Shown in pieces: positions 11,266 to 21,978 of a DNA stretch of 64,000 nt (positions are counted from its first letter, which is position 1; each line of letters starts with the position of its first letter). Where the stretch lies: positions 64,001 through 128,000 of the forward strand of contig CBDFFH010000022.1 in NCBI GenBank assembly GCA_965246715.1, given 5' to 3'. This stretch comes from Chamaesiphon sp. (GTDB taxonomy: Bacteria > Cyanobacteriota > Cyanobacteriia > Cyanobacteriales > Chamaesiphonaceae). The notes under the pieces were generated by a model, which saw only the letters and a list, made by a program, of their open reading frames with translations, was not told the DNA's origin and did not search any database. The position numbers were made by a program, and so were the translations under genes.

Positions 11266-12012
11266 ATGTTTATCAAAAATACAATTAGGCGGTTACTGCC
11301 GCCGTCAGTGACGATTCGACTGATTGCTGATACCAATTATAAATCTGGCGAACCAGAACTCAAATTACTCGACGATCTAGTGGATCCGCAAAGAAATAGT
11401 ATCGATATCGGCGCGAATAAGGGATCCTATACTTATTTTCTCTCTAAACTTTCCCAACAAGTTTTTGCCTACGAACCCAACCCCGAGTTGGCAAAATTTT
11501 TGACTAAAGCATTTACTAAATCTAATGTGAGTATTTATCCAGTTGCAATATCCGATCGAGCGGGAGTGGCTCAGCTAGCAATTCCGATCGTCAATACTTT
11601 TGCTTACGATCAACTAGGTAGTCTGCAACTGCAAAATTCTAGCGAAAATCTCCAAACTTTTGACGTACCACTCCAGCGGTTGGATGACTGCGGACATACT
11701 AACGTCGGATTTATCAAAATTGATGTTGAAGGACATGAGGAAACAGTAATTGATGGGGCGATCGACTTAATTACCAAACAACGTCCAGTAATACTTGTGG
11801 AAATCGAGCAAAAGCATCATGCCGATAAGGATATCACTGAAATATTCTCTAAAATCATGGCCTTAGGTTATGACGGTTTTTTCTTGTTCGATGGCGAACT
11901 GAGAAGTTTAAGCGAATTCTCTAAAGAGAAACACCAAGATATCAATAATTATCAAGGTCTGACTTCTTTAAGTAAAACTTATGTATGTAACTTTATTTTT
12001 AAGCCTAGTTAG
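11266..12012 (+). CDS. FkbM-family methyltransferase
   Basis: DIGANKG, AYEPNP, IKIDVEGHE. Start taken at ATG 11266 because the upstream extension is a tandem repeat. Confidence 0.88.
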   Translation: MFIKNTIRRLLPPSVTIRLIADTNYKSGEPELKLLDDLVDPQRNSIDIGANKGSYTYFLSKLSQQVFAYEPNPELAKFLTKAFTKSNVSIYPVAISDRAGVAQLAIPIVNTFAYDQLGSLQLQNSSENLQTFDVPLQRLDDCGHTNVGFIKIDVEGHEETVIDGAIDLITKQRPVILVEIEQKHHADKDITEIFSKIMALGYDGFFLFDGELRSLSEFSKEKHQDINNYQGLTSLSKTYVCNFIFKPS

Positions 12013-12038
12013 GAATATAAATTCAGAGAAGTGTAGCT

Positions 12039-13301
12039 ATGAAAGTTCTGCTGTCAGCGTATTCCTGCGAACCGGGTCAAGGATCTGAGCCTGGTGTCGG
12101 CTGGAATGTAGTCCGAGAAGTCGCCAGGTATCATCAAGTTTGGGTATTGACTCGCCCCGATGAGAGCCAGGAAATCATTGAAGCAGAGCTAGCACGCAAT
12201 CCGATCGATAACCTTCATTTTGTTTACTTTACCCTACCTTTTTGGCAGGATAGCCGACGGTGGGGGCAGTCTGGTGGTATGCAACTTCACTACTACCTGT
12301 GGCAAATTCAGGCTTACTTTGTTGCCAAACAGCTTCATCGAGAGATTGATTTCGATCTGACTCATCACGTCACATTTGTGAGACACTCAAGTCCGAGTTT
12401 TCTTTGCTTACTGCCGATCCCGTTTGTGTGGGGGCCAGTAGGCGGTGGCGAATCTGCACCGCTAACCTATTGGCAAGACTTCAACTTCAAAAATCGAGCT
12501 TATGAAACTCTCCGCTCTGTATGGCGTTGGATTGGAGAACAAGATCCCTTCGCGCGAATGACCGCTCGTCGTAGTGCGATCGCTTTTGCGACGACAGCAG
12601 ATACCGCTCGGCGAATCAGGGAAATGGGTGCAACGCAAGTGCGAGTGCTATCTCAATGCAATCTGTCCGAACCAGAATTCGATCGACTCGCGCAGTGTCC
12701 GCCACCAAACGCTTGCCCAACTCGGTTTATCAGCATCGCTCGCTTGCTCCATTGGAAAGGACTCCACTTGGGATTACAAGCCTTTGCCCACACTCAACTG
12801 ACCGATGCAGAGTATTTGATTTTAGGCGAAGGGGCAGAATTGCCCCGCCTGCAAGCTCTGGTTCATGAGTTAGGCATCAAAGATCGAGTCAAGTTTTTAG
12901 GACATCTGCCGAGGGAAGAGGTATTGGTGAAGCTCGGAGAGAGTTCCGTTTTAGTTCACCCCAGTTTGCATGACTCTGGCGGATTAGTTTGCTTGGAAGC
13001 AATGGCAGCGGGTCGCCCAGTTATTTGTCTGGATTTAGGCGGACCTGCAGTTCAGGTTACGGCAAAAACAGGTTTTCTAATTCCAGCACTCAATCCACAC
13101 CAAAGTATCGCTGATATCGCAACTGCAATGTGCCGACTGGCTCAAGACGTAGATCTGTGTATTGAAATGGGCAAGGCTGGAGAACAACGCGCTAGAGAAA
13201 TATTTACTTGGGATGCCCAAGGCAAGTTATATGCACAAATATACGAACGGCAGATCTCATCTTTATTGATGGGTACAGATATCATCGGAAATGACATTTA
13301 G
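12039..13301 (+). CDS. Glycosyltransferase family 4
   Basis: MKVLLSAYSCEP...GSEPGVGW start, RLLHWKG, DSGGLVCLEAMAAG. Confidence 0.9.
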   Translation: MKVLLSAYSCEPGQGSEPGVGWNVVREVARYHQVWVLTRPDESQEIIEAELARNPIDNLHFVYFTLPFWQDSRRWGQSGGMQLHYYLWQIQAYFVAKQLHREIDFDLTHHVTFVRHSSPSFLCLLPIPFVWGPVGGGESAPLTYWQDFNFKNRAYETLRSVWRWIGEQDPFARMTARRSAIAFATTADTARRIREMGATQVRVLSQCNLSEPEFDRLAQCPPPNACPTRFISIARLLHWKGLHLGLQAFAHTQLTDAEYLILGEGAELPRLQALVHELGIKDRVKFLGHLPREEVLVKLGESSVLVHPSLHDSGGLVCLEAMAAGRPVICLDLGGPAVQVTAKTGFLIPALNPHQSIADIATAMCRLAQDVDLCIEMGKAGEQRAREIFTWDAQGKLYAQIYERQISSLLMGTDIIGNDI

Positions 13302-13383
13302 CTAAATTTTAGAAATCATCAATCTTCATAGACAACCTCTGCTTGTCACCAGCTAAATCGAGCAACTATATCATCGTACAAAC

Positions 13384-14736
13384 ATGACTAGATCAAGTAC
13401 AATATTTTTAAAGCAAAAAAAAGGATTTGTTAAAAATTCAACACTTATTTTTATTGCCTTTGCGACAACATTCTATTCGCGAATCTTTTGTTCTATTACC
13501 CGCGCTCCATCTATTTTAAACTTTTTACATTTTGCGATCGTGCCTTTATTGCTTGCAATTGTGATGTCAACAACTCGCACGAAAGACCGCCATCAAACCT
13601 CATGCATATGGTCGATGCTTGTTGCCCTGGGAATATTTCTGGTTGTGATGGTTATTAGTGCGATCGTCAATAATGCTGGAATACCTAATGTCATCATTAA
13701 CTTTATGATGCTGGGAGAGCCTTTTATGTTTATCATGGCAATAACTTGTGTAGATTTCCCAATAGAAAGTCTGAATAAGTTAAGGCGTTGGTTGATTATC
13801 TCGTCGATAATTAATCTAGTTTTAGCAATCGCCCAAAAATTTCTCTTGGTTACTGGACGGATTAGCGCAGCTCCTTACGATGCAACAGATGGGGTGCAAG
13901 GAGTGTTCTTTATATCGGGGGCTGGCGGCTATATTTCTGCTGCCGTCTCAGTTAGTGTGTTTATATATTGCTTCTTGTATCAAAAACAAGTTTCTTTATG
14001 GATGAGGATACTGGGGCTGATAGGGACTATCTATCAAATTCAAATTGCCGATACGAAACAGGTAATTCTTGTCAGTGGATTGGCTTGGATTGTACTTGCT
14101 TCGAGTAAGATCCAAAACATTAAGAAGATTGCAATATACCTATCTTGTTTTGGATTAGCACTTGGTGCTTTTTGGTGGTTGATTCATAACATCGCAGGTT
14201 TTGAAGCTTACACTCAGTGGATGAATCGAAGCGACATTAATAATAGTGAGGCTGGGGGTGGCTTAGATGTCAAAACGGAGGGTATCCGTCGCGTTCTTAC
14301 CTACTATCGTTCCCCGCTCAATTGGTTGTTTGGGTTAGGGCCTGGGCATACGCTTGGTCGGCTGGGCGGTTGGACGATTAATGACATGTGGAGTATCCTG
14401 TCATTAATTGGGGGCACAAAGCATCCTCTATATGATGAAATGTGGTATTTTATCAATCATAATTGGATTGCTTGGTCAACCACTCTGTATGTGCCACTAT
14501 TTAGCTGGGCTGGAATTTGGGGAGATCAGGGTTGGTTAGGCATTTTGGCTTACTTATATTTGGGGTTTTTAGTCTGGCATTACTTCTGTGTCGATGATTT
14601 TTGTAGGTTTCTGCTGTTAACAATTTTTATTTATGGCTTCTTTCTTACTCAAATGGAAGAACCTGGCTTTATGTTAACCATGTCGATGCTGATTGGCTTA
14701 CGTTGGCAAGAGCAACGTCTTCAGACAGCCAACTAA
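13384..14736 (+). CDS. Polytopic membrane protein, putative polysaccharide polymerase (Wzy/O-antigen ligase-like)
   Basis: About 10-12 hydrophobic segments, large loop with LFGLGPG, located inside the GT cluster. Confidence 0.6.
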   Translation: MTRSSTIFLKQKKGFVKNSTLIFIAFATTFYSRIFCSITRAPSILNFLHFAIVPLLLAIVMSTTRTKDRHQTSCIWSMLVALGIFLVVMVISAIVNNAGIPNVIINFMMLGEPFMFIMAITCVDFPIESLNKLRRWLIISSIINLVLAIAQKFLLVTGRISAAPYDATDGVQGVFFISGAGGYISAAVSVSVFIYCFLYQKQVSLWMRILGLIGTIYQIQIADTKQVILVSGLAWIVLASSKIQNIKKIAIYLSCFGLALGAFWWLIHNIAGFEAYTQWMNRSDINNSEAGGGLDVKTEGIRRVLTYYRSPLNWLFGLGPGHTLGRLGGWTINDMWSILSLIGGTKHPLYDEMWYFINHNWIAWSTTLYVPLFSWAGIWGDQGWLGILAYLYLGFLVWHYFCVDDFCRFLLLTIFIYGFFLTQMEEPGFMLTMSMLIGLRWQEQRLQTAN

Positions 14737-15263
14737 AATATTAGATTTGTCAATCTGACTTAGCTCAAAATTAAGCAAAGGTTTTATCAATTTTTAAAAT
14801 AGCATTTATCTGTATTTCAATCTATATCAATCATAGCTGAAAAACTTAAACCTTAGAGAACGGGTATAAAGCTAAGCTATCCCGCCGATCGATTTTGTTA
14901 GCAGGAACTCAAATCGGGTCGCTATAGATTTTGATATCTATTTAGTCACTAGATATATTAACTTTTTTGATGTTTTTCGGAGCGACTAGTTTGAGATCTG
15001 TAATTTGTGGTAGTATCGAATCATAGTATTGAAAGCTTTTGGAATCAATTATTATTAACAAATCGATAGCCAAGAACTCTGAAATTAGTTGGATCGTACT
15101 CAGGCATGCTCGACCTGGCTTTTCGATAAACTGATATAGACAGATTTGTATGAAGCTATACTGATTTTTACAAAGCCAAATTGTAGGATTATTTAGTAAT
15201 AATTGAGATTTCAGATAGCTTGAATGTTGTAAATATTTAGTATTGATAATTGGAGGATAAATA

Positions 15264-16190
15264 ATGCAAAGTTCCTTGCCAATCACTTCAGAAATTAGCT
15301 CGTATCTAGAAGATAGTACGACAGTAAAACTAGATGATGTGGGTATATTTACCACCAACATCGGTGAGATGACAGTGGCAATGAAAGCTAATAGTGAATT
15401 TTTCGGCCACCCAGTTTGGGGGCCGGAATACTTTGAAAACTCTCATCGTAATGAGACCTTTCGATCGCGTTGGCAGGCGGCAATTGGTAGTCTGGATGGC
15501 AAGGTAGTAGTTGATATCGGTTGCGGCCCAGGAAATTTTTATGCAACTGTCGGCGGATCGCCCAAAGTATTAATTGGGGTTGATATTTCTTACGGTGCAT
15601 TGCAAATGGCCAAACAGGTAGGATATACCCCTGTTTGGGCAGATGCTCAACACCTTCCATTCATTGACGGTTTTGCTGATGTGGCGATCGCTAGTGCCAC
15701 ATTACATCACTGTGATGATATGGCAAAAGTCTTGTCTGAAGCCGCACGTATTCTGCGTCCTGGAGGAATGCTCGTGACAGATCTAGATCCTCAGATAACG
15801 GCGATGCACTTTAAAGGTATTGCCGCATTTATGAGAAAACACCGTTTCACTATCTATCGATTGATTAGAAGTCCGCATTATCTGACAACGGAATACCGCA
15901 AACTCAGAATTCCGTGCGAGGCGCACAATCGCGAGCCAGGTGATGGGATTAGCCCCGATCTTTATTATCAGGTTTTAGAGCCTTTAGGATTCCAGCTGAA
16001 ACTCTATCCCCACAATCATGATGTTGGCGCAGATGTATTGGATGGAAATATAGGTAAATTGCCTGCGAGATTGCGTCTGCTCCAGCAAATGTCGGGTATT
16101 AATCCTAATACTCCAGCGGCAGCGCAATCGATTATGTGTATTGCTAGAAAACCAGCAGCTGAATCATCATCCCCACCACCGTCGATATAA
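15264..16190 (+). CDS. Class I SAM-dependent methyltransferase
   Basis: VDIGCGPG, GVDIS, LPF.D, LHH, LRPGG. Confidence 0.88.
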   Translation: MQSSLPITSEISSYLEDSTTVKLDDVGIFTTNIGEMTVAMKANSEFFGHPVWGPEYFENSHRNETFRSRWQAAIGSLDGKVVVDIGCGPGNFYATVGGSPKVLIGVDISYGALQMAKQVGYTPVWADAQHLPFIDGFADVAIASATLHHCDDMAKVLSEAARILRPGGMLVTDLDPQITAMHFKGIAAFMRKHRFTIYRLIRSPHYLTTEYRKLRIPCEAHNREPGDGISPDLYYQVLEPLGFQLKLYPHNHDVGADVLDGNIGKLPARLRLLQQMSGINPNTPAAAQSIMCIARKPAAESSSPPPSI

Positions 16191-16889
16191 ATAAGCAATC
16201 GACTCACCAACTGTCGTTCGCACCCCTTCGCTGGACTGCCACCAGCGGCTAGGCTCGTAGGCTAAGACCTGGGTGGCAATAATGCCGACTGTGGTTGGAG
16301 CGGTAAATACCCGCCGAAAGACGATCCAGGTGCGGCGCGCATGGGGGCCGAGGGTAAACACATTTAGCGATCGAATTGGCTGCTCGGTCGCTGCCCAATA
16401 GTCTTTGAGTGCCATTGCCGCGTTTTGCGTCCGGCATTCTGGTGCATTGTTGGTAGAGACGATCTGAAGTTGGCTGGGGTTAAATCCGCGCGCTACTAGT
16501 GTGGCAGCGGCCACCTCCGCAAAAGTTTTGTACTCTGACAAATGAAATCCCCTCGGCACGGGCGCGCCAACTGTAATCAGGGTTTTGTAGCTACCTGTTT
16601 GAAACTCGACCATCGCCGCTTCGATCGCATAGTCTGGAAGCCATCCTTCCACAACTAATATCTCTGTGGCGACAGGATCGTTCTTTGCTAAAAAGGGATG
16701 AATGTTAATAATGGACAGTCCCAATAGCACAATTCCTATTGCAGCAGCAATCGTCAGACCGATCGCGATCGACATTAAGCTCGGACAACCGAAAGCACCA
16801 CTCTTGGTACAGAAATGGTAGCAATCATCTATAGTTATGGACATTTCGCGACATTGGTAGTGTAGTGTTTCAGCTTGTAGATAAAACAT
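16167..16889 (-). CDS. YdcF/ElyC (DUF218) family protein
   Basis: LVVEGWLPDY and HARR motifs, N-terminal TM segment; the true start may be internal (MSIAIGL). Confidence 0.75.
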   Translation of the reverse strand: MFYLQAETLHYQCREMSITIDDCYHFCTKSGAFGCPSLMSIAIGLTIAAAIGIVLLGLSIINIHPFLAKNDPVATEILVVEGWLPDYAIEAAMVEFQTGSYKTLITVGAPVPRGFHLSEYKTFAEVAAATLVARGFNPSQLQIVSTNNAPECRTQNAAMALKDYWAATEQPIRSLNVFTLGPHARRTWIVFRRVFTAPTTVGIIATQVLAYEPSRWWQSSEGVRTTVGESIAYLYRRWWG

Positions 16890-17188
16890 ATCAACTATCC
16901 GATCGAAAAGATGTTACGAATCGTTGATTGTTTAGATTTACTTTTAGAAAAGCTCAATATAAAGTATTAAGAACTAGTCGTTGTGCTATTCAACGGTCGA
17001 GATTATTTTATCTTTAAGAATTTTAAAAAGTGGGATGTTTTCGTTACCTAGTTAAGCAATTTGGATGAAAGTTTCACATCGCGACGTGTGTTATATTAGT
17101 ACTATAATCATGTGTATGCATTTAAGTTAGATAGCAAGAGTACAGACCATAAACATATTTATTAATTACTATCGCTGTTCCTAGTGCC

Positions 17189-18328
17189 ATGCATATTGTT
17201 ATTGTTGCGTTACATAGACCGACAGAGCCTACCGGAGTTTGCCGACATGCAGTTAATCTGGCTAGATGTCTGGCCCAATCAGATGAAATCACCCAAATAA
17301 CTTTGGTGACTGGCATATGGCAACAGCATTACTTTCAAACTATTTTTTTATCAAATCAAAAAAAAATCAAAGTATTAGGCATTGATATCAACAATACATC
17401 CATTTCAAGAAATAGGTGGTTCTTGTTTTTTTTGCCCAAATTAGTCAAAAATCTTCATCCCGATCTGGTTCACTTATCCTTCCCATTGCCATTTTTTAGG
17501 TCGCTATTTTCTTGCCCGATAGTTGCTACCATTCACGATCTTTATCCTTACAAGATTCCTGAGAATTTTGGATACAAGCAAGCTTTTTTTAATCGACTAT
17601 TTCTACAACAATGCATCTGGAATAGTGATGCATTGGCATGTGTTTCTCAGACAACTTTGGACGATTTAAAACACTATTTTCCCGGTATTTATCTACGTAA
17701 GCAAGCACAAGTAATTTATAACTTTGTCGATTTCGATCGGGTTCAAGTAACCCGACCACAAGCATTACAGGATGAAGTTGATAGTCCATTTATCCTCTGC
17801 GTCGGCCAACATCGCAAAAATAAGAATTTTGAGTTGGCGATCGAAGCTTTCGCTTTGCTGAGGCAAGAAGGCAAAGTTAATGAGAAAACTAGAGCGATTA
17901 TCGTCGGTAGTTTTGGCCCTGAAACAGACAATTTACTTCAGTCGCTCCAGAAACTTTCTTTGGTAAACTCAGTAATAATGCTCTCAGCAATTAACGATAA
18001 TGAACTTTGTTGGCTCTATCAAAACTGCGATTTGATGATAATTCCTTCATCTGTAGAAGGATTCTGTCTGCCGCTAGTAGAAGCCCTCTATTTTTCATGT
18101 AAGATTGTTTGTTCTGACATCCCTATATTCAGAGAAATTGGTTCCGGTAATTGCAGTTATTTTGACTTGGCGGGAGATCCAATTAGTAATCTAGCGCACT
18201 CGATCGATCTTGCTTTAACTGTAGATATTTGTGAACAGAAGTATGACTGCGGTCGATTTTCACAAACACAAATTACAGCGCTGTACTTAAATTTTTATTC
18301 AGAGTCGATCCGTAATGTAAAAAAGTAG
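17189..18328 (+). CDS. Glycosyltransferase family 4
   Basis: TIHDL, RKNKN, EGFCLPLVEA. Confidence 0.88.
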   Translation: MHIVIVALHRPTEPTGVCRHAVNLARCLAQSDEITQITLVTGIWQQHYFQTIFLSNQKKIKVLGIDINNTSISRNRWFLFFLPKLVKNLHPDLVHLSFPLPFFRSLFSCPIVATIHDLYPYKIPENFGYKQAFFNRLFLQQCIWNSDALACVSQTTLDDLKHYFPGIYLRKQAQVIYNFVDFDRVQVTRPQALQDEVDSPFILCVGQHRKNKNFELAIEAFALLRQEGKVNEKTRAIIVGSFGPETDNLLQSLQKLSLVNSVIMLSAINDNELCWLYQNCDLMIIPSSVEGFCLPLVEALYFSCKIVCSDIPIFREIGSGNCSYFDLAGDPISNLAHSIDLALTVDICEQKYDCGRFSQTQITALYLNFYSESIRNVKK

Positions 18329-18584
18329 ACAAATCCTCGCTTGTAAATTCGTAGAGCGCGTTAAGATTAGAGAAGCAAATTAGACATTATGCTGAGGTCG
18401 TATTTTCGGTCGGTTGATATAATAATAGTTGGTTTTAACAAAGCGTAAAGTTAAGTTCCCGACGGCCAATGCATCGTCGCTATGCGATCGCCAAGCTATG
18501 TGAAAAACAAACTAAACGTTATAGTTTCCATCAATTGAATGGGAAATATCAGAGCTTAATATTAAGTTGTAGGGCGAGCGAGCG

Positions 18585-20972
18585 ATGAGCGACAATTCTA
18601 GTCAAGAATTAACCACAACTCCCAGTGGCCAGTTAGCACGCAAAAACCCTAAAGCATCTTCCCCAGCTCTAAATACCATTGTTACCGTAGATAACGGTGG
18701 GGACGAAGGCGGTTTGAAGCTAGGTCAAATTGCCAAAGCGATCCAACGACGGTTGTGGATTGTGGTGCTCGTGAATGTTTTGACGATCGGTGCAGCAGTT
18801 GCTTGGCATCGTAGCCGCATGCCTGCATACGAAGGCAGCTTCAAAATACTGATCGAACCCGTTACTGCTGAATCACAAGTAGTGTCTTCACTTAAAGGCG
18901 ATCGGACTACAGTAGAAGAACAAGATCTCGGCAGCGCCCAATTCTCCAAAACTACCCTGGATTATCCAACTCAAATTCAGCTGCTCCTGAGCGATAAAAT
19001 TCTCGGGCCAGTCGCGGGACAACTCAAGTCTACTTATCCAAAAACATCATCCACAACATTGCGGGATGCGCTCAAGATCGCTCGCCAGAAAGAGCCAGCA
19101 GAAACAAAAATTCTGGAAGTTCGCTATCGCTCTGCTTCTGAGAAGGAAGCCAAGCAGGTACTAAATCTGGTTGCCAATGCCTATATTCAATATAGCTTGA
19201 GCGAACGGCAAACCAATGTGCGGCGAGCTGTTAAATTTGTAGAAACCCAACTGCCTAAAGTTCAAGATCAAGTCCGCAAGCTAGAGACAGAGCTTCAAAG
19301 CTTTCGGGAGAAACATCAGTTTATCGATCCCAACACATTGGGAACTCAACTGGGCGAACAACAGAGTGCCATTCAAAAGGAGCAACAGACAACTCAAGTA
19401 GAGCTAGCCAAAACCAAACAACTCTATCGATCGCTCGAACAGCAATTACAACTGCTGCCCAAAGGTGCCGAAGCTGCTTCCGTGCTGAGCGATGCTCCAG
19501 GATATCAACAATTGCTCAAGCAACTTCAAGAGCTGGATGTGGAGTTACAGAGTCAGTCGGCACAATTGACAGACGAGCATCCTCGGATCGTCACGCTGCG
19601 CGAAAAAAGACAAAAATTGTTACCATTGCTGCAACAAAAAGCTGATGAGGCGCTAGGTAACAAGCTAGCTCAGAGCGTCACCAACGGACAGAAACTTCCT
19701 TATCAAAATGCCCTGCGGCAAGATCTGAGCAAGCAGTTTATTGGAGCTGCAACTCAGGTGCAGGTACTAGAAGCTAAACTCAATGGCCTAAACATCGCCA
19801 GTCAAACTTTATCCAGTCAAGCGAGTCAATTACCAGTCGTCACTCGTCAATATGAAAATCTCCAACGACAATTAAAAATTATTACGGAACAGCAGAGTAA
19901 ATTCTTGCAAAAACGCGAAGAATTAACGATCGATGCCGCCCGTCAAGAGGTGCCGTGGGAGCTAATCTCACCTCCTGCCGTCGCTCGGATATCAGCTTCT
20001 AGTTTAGCGAACAGTGTGGTATTAGGTGGGTTAGCTGGTTTGCTATTGGGGGTTGGCGCAGCCCTGATCGTCGAGCGGAGCAACGATGTGATTTATACGC
20101 TCCAAGATCTGCGCGAAGAACTCAATCTGGCGATCTTGGGCGCGATCCCACCCCGCGAAAACGATCTTGTAGATCGCGAGGTTCCTAAGGAAATCAACGA
20201 AACAAGTGGTGCGCTCTTGGAAGATGGTAATCCGAATACGCGAAATTGCTATCGATTTTCACCATTTATCGAGTCGTTCCGCGCCCTAAATTCGCAACTA
20301 CGACTCCTCAATCCAGATACACCAATTCGATCGATAGTCATTAGCTCGTCGATACCGGATGAAGGGAAAACGACTGTAGCGCTCCAACTAGCTCAAGCTG
20401 CTGCGGCAATGGGTCAGCGCGTATTACTAGTCAATACCGACCTTCGCAAACCAAGTTTACAAAATCTTATCGATCGACCGGATCTCCATCATATCCCTGG
20501 TGGCTTGACTGATATTATTGCTGGCAATGCTACGTTAATGGAAACAGTGCGACTCTTGCCCGAGCAAGAAAATTTGTATGTGCTCCTAGCTGGTTCCATT
20601 GCTCTAGATCCCACGAGTATTTTAAGTTCGCAAAAAATGCAGGCACTGATCCTCGATTGCAAACGAAATTTTGACTTGGTTATTTATGATACCGTTCCTC
20701 TCAATTTTGCAGATTCACTCTTATTAATTCCGCAAACAGATGGACTATTAATGGTCGCTAGGCTTGGTAAAGTCGCTCGAGGAGTCTTGCAGAATTCATT
20801 GCAAACATTGGCAATATCAAAAGTTCCCGTGTTGGGTTTAGTTGTAAATACAGTCGATACACAGCCTTCAGGCGTAATGACGTATTATCCAGAGAGTGCC
20901 ATCAGTGACAAGTCAAAAAAATCAAAAATATTTCAAGGGATAAATAAGTTGTATCAAACCCTGAAGAAGTAA
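18585..20972 (+). CDS. wzc: Wzc/GumC-type polysaccharide co-polymerase with BY-kinase domain
   Basis: Two TM helices flanking a coiled coil; ESFRAL, Walker A SSIPDEGKTT, DLRKP, VIYDT. Confidence 0.88.
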   Translation: MSDNSSQELTTTPSGQLARKNPKASSPALNTIVTVDNGGDEGGLKLGQIAKAIQRRLWIVVLVNVLTIGAAVAWHRSRMPAYEGSFKILIEPVTAESQVVSSLKGDRTTVEEQDLGSAQFSKTTLDYPTQIQLLLSDKILGPVAGQLKSTYPKTSSTTLRDALKIARQKEPAETKILEVRYRSASEKEAKQVLNLVANAYIQYSLSERQTNVRRAVKFVETQLPKVQDQVRKLETELQSFREKHQFIDPNTLGTQLGEQQSAIQKEQQTTQVELAKTKQLYRSLEQQLQLLPKGAEAASVLSDAPGYQQLLKQLQELDVELQSQSAQLTDEHPRIVTLREKRQKLLPLLQQKADEALGNKLAQSVTNGQKLPYQNALRQDLSKQFIGAATQVQVLEAKLNGLNIASQTLSSQASQLPVVTRQYENLQRQLKIITEQQSKFLQKREELTIDAARQEVPWELISPPAVARISASSLANSVVLGGLAGLLLGVGAALIVERSNDVIYTLQDLREELNLAILGAIPPRENDLVDREVPKEINETSGALLEDGNPNTRNCYRFSPFIESFRALNSQLRLLNPDTPIRSIVISSSIPDEGKTTVALQLAQAAAAMGQRVLLVNTDLRKPSLQNLIDRPDLHHIPGGLTDIIAGNATLMETVRLLPEQENLYVLLAGSIALDPTSILSSQKMQALILDCKRNFDLVIYDTVPLNFADSLLLIPQTDGLLMVARLGKVARGVLQNSLQTLAISKVPVLGLVVNTVDTQPSGVMTYYPESAISDKSKKSKIFQGINKLYQTLKK

Positions 20973-21002
20973 GCGTTTGAGAAGTATGAAAAAGTAAATT
21001 AG

Positions 21003-21040
21003 AAACGGGTAATAGCTAGTCGATTAGCTATTACCTGTTT
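21003..21040. terminator. Probable bidirectional rho-independent terminator
   Basis: aaacgggtaatagcta-gtcgat-tagctattacctgttt hairpin between convergent wzc and ycf23. Confidence 0.65.
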
Positions 21041-21064
21041 AATGTTGGCTATTAAATATTTAGC

Positions 21065-21883
21065 CTAGATTCTTACAGTGTTGCGGCTGGTAGCCAAAGC
21101 TTCTACCAAGCTGCGAACTACCGCAATCATCGCTAACTCATCGTTGAGCTTGTTAATTGCCGAACCGACACCGATTCCCGCTGCGCCAGCCGAAATGGCT
21201 AGTGGTGCAGTTACGCTCGATAAACCGGAAGCGCAGAGGACGGGAACGATTACCGCACGGGAGATCTCATAAGCCGCCGCTAGCGTAGGTGCTGCTTTTT
21301 CGATTAGGCCGAGCGTGCCAGGATGGATGGGGGTACTACTAGTACCACCTTCGGTTTGAATGATGTCCGCACCTGCAGCAACCAGTGCCTGGGCTAATTC
21401 TACCTGTTTATCTAGAGTAAGAATATGTGGAACGGTGACCGATAAAGTAATATCGGGCAGTAACGCGCGGGTAGCTTGAGTTAGGGCTAAAACTGCATCG
21501 GCTTCAAAGCGGATGCCTTGAGCGTAAAAACTATCGAAGTTACCGATTTCGATGAGATCTGCGCCAGCTTCGACGGCGGCGACAAATAATTGGGGTTCGA
21601 CAGCGGAAACACAAATGGGAAGACTGGTGAGTTGACGTGCCATCCGCACTAAGTTAGGATCGGCAGCAATATCAATGAAAGTCGCACCACCACGATCGGC
21701 AGATCTTACTACCGCAGCAACGCGATCGCGATCGAAATTATTCAACCCACTGATGACTTTGAGGACTTGGTTACTAGCAAAAGCTGCCTGTAGGTTATCG
21801 AGCATGTTCATCACTTGACAAAGGGACGTATAAATCTTTATTTGAACCATTTTGACATCGATCGGCAGAAATTGACCAAACAC
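21065..21883 (-). CDS. ycf23: DUF561 / Ycf23 family protein
   Basis: LKVISGLNNFD, GGATFIDIAAD, IEIGNFDSFY, IQTEGG; the true start is probably internal (MNMLDNL). Confidence 0.85.
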   Translation of the reverse strand: MFGQFLPIDVKMVQIKIYTSLCQVMNMLDNLQAAFASNQVLKVISGLNNFDRDRVAAVVRSADRGGATFIDIAADPNLVRMARQLTSLPICVSAVEPQLFVAAVEAGADLIEIGNFDSFYAQGIRFEADAVLALTQATRALLPDITLSVTVPHILTLDKQVELAQALVAAGADIIQTEGGTSSTPIHPGTLGLIEKAAPTLAAAYEISRAVIVPVLCASGLSSVTAPLAISAGAAGIGVGSAINKLNDELAMIAVVRSLVEALATSRNTVRI

Positions 21884-21978
21884 TCAGCAATCCTACACTT
21901 TTTAACTAGCTAATGAGTTCTCTCGATCGCTGAAATTGCCCATTGGCTCTAGCTATTTGTGGTATCGCAGCTTTCAAT

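Noticed and set aside
14942..15361. 139-aa - strand ORF
   Set aside because: Overlaps the methyltransferase start and an AT-rich promoter region; no recognisable motifs.
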